From NCBI GenBank assembly GCA_040954595.2, contig CM082589.2, positions 8,626,232-8,690,231 on the forward strand: a DNA stretch of 64,000 nt, read 5' to 3'. This stretch comes from Balanoglossus misakiensis (Eukaryota > Animalia > Hemichordata). Positions 25,231-37,720 of this stretch are shown here, piece by piece. The notes below the pieces were generated by a model, which saw only the letters and a program-made list of their open reading frames with translations, ran no database searches and had not been told where the DNA came from. Both the position numbers and the translations under genes were made by a program. Within the stretch, counting starts at the first letter, position 1. Every line of letters begins with the position of its first letter.

Positions 25231-27047
25231 AGGGACAAAGTCGCACTCTTGCTGCCTTTTTTCCATTAATTATGTTTGATACAAGACATCGTTTATGTTA
25301 TTCTACATGTGGATATACAGTGAATTAACGTTTAGCCACACACAACTTCCATACCACTTGTAGACAAGAGTAAAAAAATAGCGTCAAGGACACTGTGGTC
25401 CCATTTGAGGATTACGCAGAAATAGGGATACACCAGAATAAAAATTACAGGTGATATTGCAAGCAGATTTAACCATATAGAAATATCGAATGTAAAAAAA
25501 TTAACGAGGAACATGCCCAATAAACTGTCATGTATCATGGCAGTCTTACAAGTGGTGCGAGAAAAATTTATTTTTGACCAAAAATTGTCTGTACAAACAC
25601 ATATGACAAGCAACTTCTTTCAGTCAGCCCTGGAACAGACAGACACACACACACACACAGACAGACAGACGAAGACGCTCACTGACCTGCCACTGGTAAT
25701 TAAAAATTTAATAGCCTGTGGGTTCTGTAACAGCTGGCTAATAAAAGTTATGTAAACATGTCTAAGTTGGGGGTAACAACTCCTTGTAAACAGTAACTTT
25801 CAAAACAACTGGAGAATTGGTTTAGGAGAAGATTTGCTACCCAAAAAAAGAAACTTACAAAAAAAACTTGAATATTTCTGATATTAGAATTGAATAAAAG
25901 TTGCATGAGCATGTGTTATGAAACTGTATCCTAAATTTCAAAGCAATCAGAGAAAAACAAATTTCAAAGCAGCTTAAAAGAAAGTACAGGTATTTGTTCA
26001 AAAGTGGCAAAAATACAAATATGCAAATATCACCAAAATTGTACAATATCTTATTTCAATCACTACAAGGAACATGCCTGCCAAAGTTCAATGCAATATG
26101 ACTCGTAGTTTCAGAGAAAACAATTTTTGACAAAAATTGGTAAAAAATTTCCCCAATAACACATTTATGCAAATATCATAATTTTTTTAACAACATCTTA
26201 CTTGGTTACCCCTAGAAACATGCCTACCAAATTGCAAAGCAATCTGGCATGCGGTTTTAGAGAATTTTTTTTTACCAAAAATGGCCAAAATTGCTCAAAA
26301 TTGTAAATATGCAAATTTTGCAACAATTTGAACAAAACTATGGTTACTCAGACAACCTATAGGAAGCTTCATACTAAATTTCAAAGAAGTAGGCCTATCA
26401 CTTTCAGAAATTAAGACTTTTTACCGATAACATGGAAAAAATATAAAAAAAATGCATAAAAAATAGAAAATCGATAATATTAGCTCAAAACATACAGGAC
26501 TGTATGAGGCTGACATAAGGTACATGCATACCAATTTTCAAATCAATATGACCAGTGGTTGTTGAGTTTTTGAGTTTTGACAAATTTCACATTTTCCCAG
26601 CTAATTTGCACATTTTTGGCAATGACACCTTTATTTTCAACAACTCCCATCTACAGCCCTGCGTGCATCTACACACCAAATATCAAGGTCATACACGCTG
26701 CGGTTTTCAAGTTTTTGATTTGGACGGACATACACACATACATCCATACATCCATCCATCCATCCATACATACATACATACATACAGACGCAACCGATCC
26801 CGTAAGGTCCCATGGTACATACCAGTGGGACCTAAAAACTTGCTAAAATGAATCATCGGTGTACCGTGTTTACCATTTATTCATTTTGGCGAAATGTTTA
26901 CTCTCATACCATACAAGCGGGATGGAAATTGTGTGTTGTTGAACGTTGATTCACTATATATCCATATGTACATTAAGATAACCAGTGTCTTGTATCAAAC
27001 ATAATTAATGGAAAAAGGGCTGTGAGAGAGAGAGAGACCTTTTCCCT
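25231..27047. mobile_element. TTAA MITE family AGGGAC, fourth copy, split by about 1.46 kb of HINE-type sequence (25381-26838)
   Basis: Left half 25231-25380 and right half 26839-27047 join into the family pattern; TTAA on both sides. Confidence 0.8.
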
Positions 27048-27078
27048 TTAAATCAGCAGTCTAACCCTTTTACAACAG

Positions 27079-27202
27079 GCATCCTGTTACTGGAGGAATA
27101 TTTGGTGCAAAAATCAGGGGATGAAGCGAGGAGGCAGAAAAGAGCCAGAGGAGCCGCATCACCTGTATCCATGGAAATCAGTACATGGATTGAATTGTCT
27201 AG
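27079..27202 (+). CDS. PRKDC: DNA-PKcs exon 17 ILLLEE...KRARG...WIELS
   Basis: cag/gtgagt, phase 1-2. Confidence 0.95.
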
Positions 27203-28288
27203 GTGAGTGGATGTAGGTAACATCTGTGCATGTGATGTTAAAATTTCATGCTAAAACCGCTTGTCAGGTTGCTTTGAAATTTGGTAAGCATGTTCCTTGT
27301 GGTGATTCAAGTACGATATTGTACAATGGTGGTGATATTTGCATATTTTTGTTTTGGCCACTTTGGAACAATTGTTTTCTCTGAAACTGCTGATCTGATA
27401 GTTTTTAAATTGTGTAGGAATTTCCCTCGGGGTAACCAAGTAAGGTTATATAAAATGTCAGTGAAATTTGTGTTTTAGGCCATTCTTGATGTTCCTTAAG
27501 AATTATAATAGAATGGAATTAAACAGTGGGTGTCTATGGCTCAGAGCATATGCAATACAACATACAGTGCACACATAGTGATCATATCAATCCTTTGGAC
27601 CATGCCTAAATGACTAAAATTTACTGACACTTCATTCTTGCACCAAAGTGACACAAACCAGAAAACAAATTCCATGGAAACAAAAGATTCCACGAAGTCA
27701 AAACATTACATTTAGAGTCTGCAAAAACAAACCAGCGGTGGGGTTAACCAAGAACCCTGCACTTTGGGTTAAAAGCATGAAATTGGGTACACGCACAGTT
27801 TGATAAATTCTGAACAATTTATATGGATCTCAAATGACAGCACCCTCTGTTGGTCAGAAAGAGATATTCACACATGGAAACCATGCACTTTGGGTTAAAG
27901 CCCTACTTTCTGCGAAATTTCGTATTTTAACCAAATGCTGTGGTTCTAAATAAAAAGGTACTTATTTTGACATGCTTACTGCACTTGTGACCGTAGTTGG
28001 GGCATGTTCCTTGTTAATTTTTTTTTACATTTGGATATTCATATGGTTAGGTCGTATCTGCTTGCCAATGTCACATGTGATTTTTATTCTGGTTCGTACA
28101 TATTTCCGGGTTATCCTCAAATGGGACCACAGTGTCCTTGATGCTGTGTTTCTTATACTCATCGGGAAGCTTGTTTTAATATACCGATCTAAATTTGAAA
28201 GTAAAATCATGAACAATGCAAAAAGGCAGCTGGTAAGGTTATATCATAAATAATGATAAAATTCTCTGTTCAACCCATTGTATTGCAG

Positions 28289-28427
28289 GTTGTACAAACA
28301 TTTGGATAATTTTGATGTCCTTTGTGGAATCTTTAGTGGAAAGATTGAAACACAGCTGATTACAAAACAAGCTCTGGAAGCAGAAGCCAGTGGAGATTTT
28401 CAAAAAGCTGCCAAACTTTATGACAAG
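28289..28427 (+). CDS. PRKDC: DNA-PKcs exon 18 LYKHLDNFDVL...ALEAEASGDFQKAAKLYDK
   Basis: cag/gtgatt, phase 2-0. Confidence 0.95.
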
Positions 28428-28502
28428 GTGATTTATTTTGCTGTTGTTGGGTTGTGCTTGTATATTGTATAATTATCCAGTTGCTTTGAAAATTACTATT
28501 AA

Positions 28503-29647
28503 AGTGGAACGTTGTGATCCGTTTTTGAGCCAATTCTGCGAAATGCGATTAAAAAGTACTATGAAAAACGTTGGTTTCATTCACTTTCACTTACGCATAA
28601 CAGAGCTACAGCCAGCCAAAAACTGCGCGAACCCGGAAGTGAGTGACGTCAGCAACTGTTGTCCGCTGCCGACGCGTTGGAGCGAGCCTATGCTTATACA
28701 CGCCTGCACTCACGCGACCGACGACGTTAGCATGGCAACATATTCTCGGGTAGTAGGCTACAATTTTGAACCAGAGATTCCCTTCTACGACCAAGCGACT
28801 GAATTTTACAGAGGACAAAAGTTCATGCAGTTCTGATCTCCGATGTGTCCCGTTTGTCAAGGCTTACACTTGGTGTGGTTTCAGTGAAACCATAGACACT
28901 CCATGGGTGAAACTCCCTTGTTGTCTCTCCCTCGTTGTCACCTTTTCGAACCACTTTTCTTACAAAAATACTTTGTCACCTTTTATGGAGTTGAAGAGAA
29001 CGAAGGTGCATCGTCCTGCTCTCCAGGTGTAGTACGTCCGTAGTATAATGGAAGCCAATACCATAGTTATTCTATGCATGTTTCGTCTCTTGAAATGTAT
29101 TAAAACTGCCCTTTTTAGTTGCTTTCATTTGATAACTATGCGATCGTCAATAAATGGAAATTAAACCCAAATACGTGTACCAAAAAACGTGCAGGAAGGA
29201 TTTAAAACGGTACGTTTATTATTATCAGCGGCAGTTAGAACAACTTTATATAGGCCTTACGGTTTGTTCATAAACGTCGACATGCATGGCATCTTGGACA
29301 TTGCAGGGTCTATGTCTGCACGCATCGACAAATACAATACACGTAGAGCATTGCCTTTGAAAGAAACTTATCCCCGTCGATTTTCCGAATATGTTTTTAA
29401 AGTCATGAACTTGACATTTCGCCATGTCAGATCCGCGCAAAATGTGTCTGTTTATTGGAAATGACACGTCGAACGTGTAAGAGCCCTGCGCGTCGACTGC
29501 AACGCAAGTTGCTGACGTCACTGTAGTATTTTCAACTCGCGTCTTCTGCTTGCGGAGGAAGTGAAAGTGAATTAACCCATCGGAACGTTGCCGTTTTTGA
29601 CACCCGGTTTGGACTTTGAAGCCCAAAATTGTGGGTGTCGTTCCTCT
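28503..29647. mobile_element. Internally deleted Kolobok-like transposon
   Basis: TTAA TSD, ag(t/a)ggaacg termini, inverted tgacgtcagcaact motifs, two inward-facing ORF stubs. Confidence 0.72.
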
Positions 29648-30183
29648 TTAACAAGGAGTTGGTTCCCCAAACTGAGACTGTCTACACCGCATGTTTACAT
29701 AACTTTAATAGGCCAGCTGTTACAGAGACCACCAGCTATTTTATTATTTATTAATTATCAGGGGCAGGTCAGTTTAGCGTCTCTGTCTCAGATTCCTTTG
29801 TGGCTAAGCTTTATTGTTTATCTGGTTAAAACTTGCATACACATTCATAGGGAGGGTTATAATACATGTACTTGTAGATACTTCAGTACGTACACCTGTA
29901 TGGGCTAATATTAGTACAGTTTGAAAATTAATTTCATGATAATTTTACAAAAAGTTGCAGCTTATAGAGCTTTAAGTTCTCTGATATGTTGGAGATATTG
30001 TACAGGAAAGTTTTGTGATAAAATGGTCGGATTGCTTAGTATGTAAACCAATTATGCATGAAAAGAATATTACCTTGAGTTTGATTGATTGTTTGAGTGA
30101 GTGAGTGAGTGAGTGAATGACTTAGCAGTCAGTCACTCAGTCAATCAATTGAATAATTATATCAAATCAATACCTGAACATAG

Positions 30184-30261
30184 GCACTTGGAACTGAAGA
30201 TTGGGATGATGGAAGACCAGAACAGATTGAAGAAGACCTGTGGGATGACTGCAGATTACAG
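30184..30261 (+). CDS. PRKDC: DNA-PKcs exon 19 ALGTEDWDDGRPEQIEEDLWDDCRLQ
   Basis: tag/gttaga, phase 0-0; this frame is absent from the ORF track. Confidence 0.92.
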
Positions 30262-30414
30262 GTTAGACATTGATCCTACCTTCATAACTGCCATTGCCCA
30301 AGCTCTCTGTAATTGTCTCCTTTCTTTAGTATATTTTCACTGTCTATCTGATGCTTATTTGTCTGCACTCTTATAATTCAAACATCCTTCACATGAATTT
30401 TGTAATTATTGTTC

Positions 30415-30593
30415 CAGTCAAACCTGTGTTAGTGACCACCTCTATATAGTGACCACCTCTATATAGTGGCCACTTAGTTACAGTCCCTGTACAATTTACA
30501 TGTGTATAAATTAACCTGTCTATAAAGACCACCTGTCTATAAAGGCCAGTTTGGTAAAGTCCCTTGACTGGTCACTATAGACAGGTTTGACTG
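30415..30593. mobile_element. Tigger-like MITE
   Basis: TIR cagtcaaacctgt; internal gaccacct repeats; TA on the right only. Confidence 0.8.
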
Positions 30594-30675
30594 TACTACA
30601 CTCCTTGGCATATCTAGCATACCGGTATAGTTTGTCACTGGGTTATCTAGCATATAATCTTTATAATGAATTTTA

Positions 30676-30961
30676 AAGGACAGTCTCATTTTTGAGACAG
30701 GTTTAAATGTCACAGGTGTGTGTTTAATCCCAGAAGTTTATTTCATGTATTTATCTGTACACCAATAGTTTATGTATTTTATTTACTGCTTTACACCTAG
30801 CATTGTAGTTTATGTATTGTTAGACATGCTTTGTTTTAGCACCTGACTTCATAGGCTAATGTGACCTTTAGTGTAGGCCTCACTACAAGTATATATAGAA
30901 GTCAGGGAGTGGGTCTTATTGTCAGCCACAACTGCTTGTAGCCAGCAGACAAGACATTCTC
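30676..30961 (+). repeat. Ngaro repeat A1 (286 bp)
   Basis: No difference seen versus 43281-43566; contains gtctca/tgagac hairpin and a TATA-like tatatatagaa near 30890. Confidence 0.95.
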
Positions 30962-32152
30962 ATGCTCAGCGCAGCTTCACACACAGCAACTATGCCAGAG
31001 ACCACTCCACAGCCAGCTGACCAGCTATTCTCGACAAGCTCACCTGAAGCCTCAACACTGCAGCAGCATCAAGATCAACCAGATGAACCTTTCATCGACT
31101 GGGCTACCAGGTATGGGCTTTCCTCAAAATCTATAGACATTCTCACAAAGCATGAATGCGATAACTACCTAGCCCTGATGCATTTGGAAGAAGAGAGTAT
31201 TGGTCGACTCAAACTCTCAACGGGTCAACTGGGCATCTTCAAGTCAGCTCTCAATAACCTCCGCAAGTCTCACCAGCCCATAACAAGCACCGGCCCAACT
31301 TCACAACCAGAGCAGATGCCAAATGCGGCCAGCCTGAGAGACAACACTGATCAACTGACGGCTGCAGTCCAGATGATCCTGAACAACACGAGCCCCACTA
31401 GTACCGGCCAACCAGCACAACCAAGCCAGATGAGCAACGCAGCAACTGCCAACCCCATCAATCCGATGCTTTCACCACAGCCTGCAGCCATGGCAAACAC
31501 AAGGGCAGATATCGACCCCACCATCTACGTGACAAATTCACGAGGTAAGAAACCCTTAGAAGTGGTAGATTTCATCTTCACTGGGAGTTATATGGAGAAA
31601 GAACAAGTTCTCCACTATGGAGCCGATGGACAAGATGTTGTCATCAAGAACGTTAAGGCCAAGCCTAAACTGGACAATGTAGCTCTTGCCCAATGGGGTA
31701 TTGCGAACACTCGTATAATGTTAACACTGTATGAATCTGGAGCTTTAAATCATATCACTGTCGCTAATTATATGGCTTATACTTTTAAAGTATTTAGATT
31801 AGCTTTATATTATGACTGGCACTGTGTGCTAAATTATGACAGGGAATATCGTTGGCTACAAGCCAATCATGGGTTTGCTTGGGGCAGCGATTTACCAGAT
31901 CTCAACATTTTTCTCAATAATCCTGTTGTCTTTAAGAACAACCAATCCATGGGTAATAAGGGATACAAACGGCAACCCTCTCAAAATAGTGTGGAAATCT
32001 GCCGCAACTACAACACTCGTCAAGGGTGTCGTTTTGGGGAAACCTGTAAATATGTCCATTCTTGTATTGTCCCAGGTTGTGGTAAAAGTCACCCACAGAC
32101 CCAACATCTGTCAAAAAACGGGACACACCCTCCACCACCTCACGGTTCTTAG
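30962..32152 (+). CDS. Ngaro ORF1 Gag-like protein (SAM-like N-domain, C-terminal CCCH finger)
   Basis: 396-aa open ORF; YDW-YDREYR-QA motif; CRNYN-C-FG-CKYVH-C-C-H. Confidence 0.88.
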   Translation: MLSAASHTATMPETTPQPADQLFSTSSPEASTLQQHQDQPDEPFIDWATRYGLSSKSIDILTKHECDNYLALMHLEEESIGRLKLSTGQLGIFKSALNNLRKSHQPITSTGPTSQPEQMPNAASLRDNTDQLTAAVQMILNNTSPTSTGQPAQPSQMSNAATANPINPMLSPQPAAMANTRADIDPTIYVTNSRGKKPLEVVDFIFTGSYMEKEQVLHYGADGQDVVIKNVKAKPKLDNVALAQWGIANTRIMLTLYESGALNHITVANYMAYTFKVFRLALYYDWHCVLNYDREYRWLQANHGFAWGSDLPDLNIFLNNPVVFKNNQSMGNKGYKRQPSQNSVEICRNYNTRQGCRFGETCKYVHSCIVPGCGKSHPQTQHLSKNGTHPPPPHGS

Positions 32153-32181
32153 TTCAGAATGCCCCAAGCCTGACTGATTTT

Positions 32182-33446
32182 TTGCCTAACTGGATTACTG
32201 AACTTGGTGATGACCCTGACCGTGACTTTTTGATTTCTGGTATAACTGATGGTTTTCGTATTACTGACCCGGATTCATGTGTGCAAGAAGCACACATGAA
32301 CAATTACTCTTCAGCCACCAAACCAGATTTTCATGGGAAAGTCGAGCGGCAGATATTGACCGAAATTACTCATGGTCAGTATGTTTGCACTAATACTATC
32401 CCTACAATTGTGAGTGCATTGGGTGCCATCCCTAAAAAAGATAGTGATGACATTCGGCTGATACATGACTGTAGCCAACCATCTGGCAAGGCAGTCAATG
32501 ATTATGCGTCTTTGGATAGTTTCAAGTATCAAACACTTCAGGATGCTATTTCTATGGTTACCCCGGGTTGTTTCATGGCCAAAGTTGACTTAAAGAATGC
32601 CTATCGTTCAGTACGCATTCACCCATCTGACTATGAAAGTACTGGTTTAAAGTGGAAATTTAGGAATGACAGTGACTTCACTTACATGTATGATACCAGA
32701 CTACCGTTTGGTGCACGTAAATCCCCAGCCATTTTTAACCGTATCACGCAGGCTGTGAGGAGAATTATGTCAAACAAAGGGTATGACTCTCTCATTGTGT
32801 ACTTAGATGATTTTCTTATAATAACCCAGTCCTATGAGTCTTGTATAACAGCTATTAATGTGTTAATCAGTCTACTGCGTAACCTTGGTTTTAGTATTTC
32901 TTGGAAGAAATTAGAAGGCCCTACTCAGCGCATTAATTTTCTTGGGATCATTATTGATAGCAGAGCCATGAGGCTTGAATTGCCCACACAGAAGCAAGCA
33001 GAACTAGCTAAACTTCTTGCTAGTTTTAATGATAAAACAAGGGCAACAAAACGGCAACTCCAAAGCTTGGCAGGGAAGCTTAACTGGGCAGCTCAGGTAG
33101 TCCGCGGGGGAGAATTTTTCTCCGGAGAATCCTTGATGCAATCAACCGCCTAACTAGGTCTTGGCATAAATGCAAGCTATCCCGAGCTATTTGCAGCGAC
33201 ATCGCTTGGTGGCGCGACTGTATGTATATCTTTAATGGTAGGCCTATTTCTCTTGACCCGTGGCCTATTTCTGACCTGTTCATGGATGCTTCTAAGCAGG
33301 CATCAGGCATCTATTTTCAAGGTGACTGGCAATACACTGTCTGGCAACTAGATTGGCCACAAATGAACAAGTTGCATATAAATTACAAAGAGGTTTTGTC
33401 TCTCTATTTGGCAGCCCGCAGGTGGGCCCCCCTCTGGGAAAATAAA
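32182..33446 (+). pseudogene. Ngaro ORF2 RT and N-half of RNase H (frameshift near 33110, then interrupted)
   Basis: KVDLKNAYR, RLPFG, YLDDFL, FMDASK, HINYKE. Confidence 0.93.
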
Positions 33447-34623
33447 CTTCCATAACAGCCTGTACACTTGACAAGTAACAGTCAAGGCAGACATAACCCA
33501 TTCAAAATATGCAAATTAGGAAAAGACGCATATGCATTCTTTGAGTCCCCAGAGACACACACAGGAAATCAAGCGAGTGCAGCCACAAGCTGGAAGAGCT
33601 GAATTCAATGCATTGCCTTGCGATGTTCATGTTATACAGGGGATGATGACCAATGAACAGAACAACAGTCCACTTTCACGCGTTGTAGTGCACTGATCAT
33701 GGCAAAACAAACGAGGATGTTAGATAGCAGTGCTTCGCAAGTTTGGCTAATTTGTATGAAAATCGTCTCGCCAAACAACTGTTTTCTCGCATTTGGCGAG
33801 CGGGTAGGAGAAACACAGCTGGCTAATCTGTTCTGATTTCTGTCACTGTTCAAATTCTTTCTCAACTTTTTTTCGGATTTTTTGGACCTACGGTACTTCC
33901 AGGAATGGTGAGCGAAAAAAAACTCATTGAACACGGCAAACTTCATGTTGAAATCACTGAAAACTGACACCTCAGAGTTTAACATCAACACAACCATGTG
34001 TTTTGTCACTGTCATAAATGTTTACACTTTCCATGCAATTTTCACTCAATCAGATGCATCATCAATCTGCTGTTAAGATCTTGTTAAACAAATCGCCGAA
34101 CTTTGGAACTAAATGTTTGATGTCACATCGAATGTTGGTGATCAAATTAATACTCATGATGTGCCATGTACCAACCTTTACCTAAACGAGGAATTTTCTG
34201 CCCAAATCTACCCACTTTGCATTGTCATTTGCCCAAATTCAGACATCAGAACAATGTGTTAGCAGTCAGTCAACTCAGTCCAAACATGTTGGAAGTCTCA
34301 TTCAAAATCCTGTGCCCGTGAAAACCTGAGAAAGTGTATGGCGCCACCAACGGCAGAACTAAGAATATTTGTAATGCAGAAGTAAGAATTTGCCACAATC
34401 AAAAAAAATTCCAAAACAGCCAAAGTAGAATAAGCAGCCATTCCGATGAACAATTTATTTTTTTCTTCCTAGCCTTAAGTCTGAGCAATAATTTACTGGT
34501 AAATACACACTAATTTGCAAATCAATCTGACTAGTAGTTGTTCAGTAACTGAGTTTTGACCAAATTCAGATTTTTCAAGCTTATATCCATATACATATAA
34601 ACCATATGTGACTTAAAATGGAC

Positions 34624-35780
34624 TGTCACACTATCTTTTGTTATTTTAAATTATTTATATGATGGCATTAGATAGGTTTATTAAGATGGCATTAGTTTGA
34701 TTGCAATTAACCTATGTACAGCTTATTAAGAAAAACAAAAGAAGCTATCTAGAGGGCAGAACTTCAACTTGTCAATCATCACCCCATATTAGCTCCATTG
34801 AGATGCTAATGATGAGTATAAAAGGGACACCCAGCTTGAAATACGGGCAGTACAAATCAAGATCTGAGGTACTCACAACATCTGGCTATAGTGCAACAAT
34901 GAAGTGATGATGTGGCAGACTACCATGTGCTGTTGAAATTGGTTCAATATACAAGGACATGCTCTACTTCAAGCGAACAGTGCTGGACTAACAGAAATTG
35001 CTGGACATCGCCGTGCCATCGTGTTATGTCGCCTGAAGTTCTGTGAAAGCAACGTTGTGTCTATATCTCTACCAGAACTGACTTTCTACGACGGAGAAGA
35101 CGCGCGCGAGCCATTGCAGTTTACCGGTAACGTTCGTACACACACACCTTAGAATAGGACTGAGCTAAATGCCATCACAGTTTATTTAATCTTGTATTGT
35201 TAATATTATAAACTTCACTGCAGTTATTGAATTATTTTCCTGTGACTAGCGCCAGTTAAATGTGTGCTTGGTGACTAGCTCGTGTAGAGTATATTTCATC
35301 ATTGTCAAGTTTGCATTGCAAAGGTTATTGCATTTATTACTCTTGTTTTCCCAAATCCACACAACCAGCACTAGGCTATACCATATGCTCTGTGTGTTTT
35401 ACCAATTATATGATTGATAGGCTGCACAGTGCTGTCGGAGTCAACAAGTGCTGGTGGTGGATTTGGGTGTATATATGTATATTATTTATTATGGTTAAGC
35501 TATCAGGTGAATAAATATACTTTCACTTGAATATTGTGTTGTGCTCACTGTAAAACCTTTGACCTACTACCTTGTTATCCTTGGCCGGTGAAACGTACCC
35601 GATTTACAAACACGTGTTTCTATCACATTTGATTCTGACCTGAAGTATTGCCAACATTAAGCTATCATCAAATAGTTATTTGAGTAAAGTTTTGGCTTCA
35701 TTTTGGTTAGGTAAAAGAACTCACATCACAATTGCTCGTGTTAACTTTGGTTGACTGTTTATAGCGCGAACATTGTGACA
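34624..35780 (+). repeat. Gypsy 5' LTR (1157 bp)
   Basis: TG...CA, aataaa near 35510, followed by PBS. Confidence 0.88.
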
Positions 35781-35785
35781 TTTTA

Positions 35786-35804
35786 TGGTGGCAGCGGTAG
35801 GATT
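35786..35804 (+). promoter_or_regulatory. Primer binding site, tRNA-Leu type
   Basis: TGGTGGCAGCGGTAGGATT 5 nt after the LTR, near-complementary to the metazoan tRNA-Leu 3' end. Confidence 0.8.
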
Positions 35805-36310
35805 GTTAGGCTTGGTTGGGTATCAGAATCCCCTTTCTAATTTTCGCCAAAGTCTGGATCGACGCTGTTGTCGGGCTTGGTCGATGCATTCTGTTTTGGG
35901 GACCATCATTTTTATTTTGTAAAAAGGGTTCACAAAAGCTTGCGGGTGTATGCACTCTGGGCACCGTACTCCTCACGGGATCTGCTAACGCAGGTCAGTG
36001 CAATACCTTAGGCTTTTGTCTAAATTCATTTAACTGTGTATTTGAACGTTATAGTTTTCATATTTGCATCAATCGTCCGATCAGATCTCTGCCTCAACCG
36101 ACTGATTGTTATGGTGGCAGCGTGTTGTAAAGAAATTTGGTGTTGTAAAGAAATTTGTAACATCGGCAGCAACACATGGGTTACTGTGTGGGTCCAGATT
36201 TATTAAATGTATGCATTGGTTATACTTACAACGATATAATTATATAAGTATATTTAACGTTCTTGCTACAATTTCACCTGTTCAATTAGTCTGATTTCAT
36301 TATTCCAAAT

Positions 36311-37720
36311 ATGGATATAGATATCCCATCTCTTAGAGCCAAGGGCGAAGCACTTCAATTTGAGGGTGCAGAGCTCACTAAATTTGTTCAAGATGCATAT
36401 AAAGAGGCTTGTATAGCTCAAAAAGAGCAGCAAGCAATCTTGAAACAGAAGGCAGATGAAGAAAGAGAGGAACGTATAGCTAGGAGGGAATTTGAAAAAC
36501 AAAAACTTGCTATTGAAGGTGAACGACAAAAAAATGCTATTGAAGAACTTAAATTAACTCAGAAACATGAATTGGATATGAGGGCTTTGCAATATAACAT
36601 AGAACAGAAAAAGGAGGTGGGCTCCCAAATAAAATCTTCACTTTCTCCCTTTGCTACTAAACTTCCCAAGTTGCCAGAATTTCAGCAGGGTGATGATATG
36701 GATGCTTTCATCAATCGCTTTGAAACTTTTGCTGAAAATAGTAAATGGCCAGAGGACACATGGGGTATGGGGTTTAGTGCATTGCTTTCTGGAAAAGCTC
36801 TTTTTGTTTACAATTCAATAGATCGGGATAAGACCAAAAATTGGCAGGAGGTTAAACAAACGCTCTTGTTAGCTTATAATTTAACAGAGACTGGGTACCG
36901 TGATAAATTTCGTCAAGAAAAGCAGGGTAAATATGAAACAGCTAAGCAATATGTGGTGAGACTTAGCAATTATTTGACTAGGTGGATTGATCTTTCTGGC
37001 ATTGACAAATCGGTGGAAGGCCTAATAGACTTGATGATGCGGGAACAGTACTTAAGTATGTGTAGTTCTGATTTGAATGTCTTTCTCAAGGAACATGCAT
37101 GCAAAAATGTATATGAACTAGCCACTCTTGCAGATCACTACAGTGAGGCTAGACAAAGTACTGGGTCCCAAAATCGGGTAGTCAATGTCCCTAAATCCAA
37201 ACCGTCAGGCAATACCTCACAGGCAGGTGGAGGGTCCCAGTCCAAACCATTTAAGAAACCTGTGTGCCATCGCTGTAGAAAGCCTGGACACAAGGTAGCT
37301 CAATGTTATGCCAAGAGGGATGTAGATGGTAAACTTTTAACAATTGCCTCTTGTCTCGAATGTAATAGTAAGAACAAAGGTCAGAATAAATCAACAGAGT
37401 CGGTAGCTGCTTGTATTTGCTTACCTAAACAACCCTGTCCACATGAACATGATTCACATCTTGAGCTTAAATGTGGACGCGTCATACCAATTACAGGTAT
37501 GATGAGTATTGAATTGAACAAAGTTCTTAATGGAACATCTATGCCCATTGTTGAAGGCACTGTTAATGGCCAAGCTGTTAAAATACTTAGAGATACAGGA
37601 TGTAGTGGTGTTGTTATTCGTGCTAGCCTGGTAAAACCCACTCAGTTTATAGATGAAAAGCGTACTTGTGTATTAATTGATGGTACGTATATACGTGCTG
37701 CTATGGTTGACTGTTTATAG
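36311..37720 (+). CDS. Gypsy Gag (SCAN-like capsid, CCHC knuckle) and truncated aspartic protease
   Basis: DDMDAFINRFE, LLSGKAL, CHRCRKPGHKVAQC, LRDTGCS; runs into the LTR remnant. Confidence 0.9.
   Translation: MDIDIPSLRAKGEALQFEGAELTKFVQDAYKEACIAQKEQQAILKQKADEEREERIARREFEKQKLAIEGERQKNAIEELKLTQKHELDMRALQYNIEQKKEVGSQIKSSLSPFATKLPKLPEFQQGDDMDAFINRFETFAENSKWPEDTWGMGFSALLSGKALFVYNSIDRDKTKNWQEVKQTLLLAYNLTETGYRDKFRQEKQGKYETAKQYVVRLSNYLTRWIDLSGIDKSVEGLIDLMMREQYLSMCSSDLNVFLKEHACKNVYELATLADHYSEARQSTGSQNRVVNVPKSKPSGNTSQAGGGSQSKPFKKPVCHRCRKPGHKVAQCYAKRDVDGKLLTIASCLECNSKNKGQNKSTESVAACICLPKQPCPHEHDSHLELKCGRVIPITGMMSIELNKVLNGTSMPIVEGTVNGQAVKILRDTGCSGVVIRASLVKPTQFIDEKRTCVLIDGTYIRAAMVDCL

Noticed and set aside
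22965-26838. Regularly spaced repeats resembling a CRISPR array
   Set aside because: Diverged tandem core units of HINE-like elements in a eukaryotic intron; no constant repeat with unique spacers, no cas genes
30113-30376. 87-aa ORF as a separate gene
   Set aside because: Off-frame reading across PRKDC exon 30184-30261
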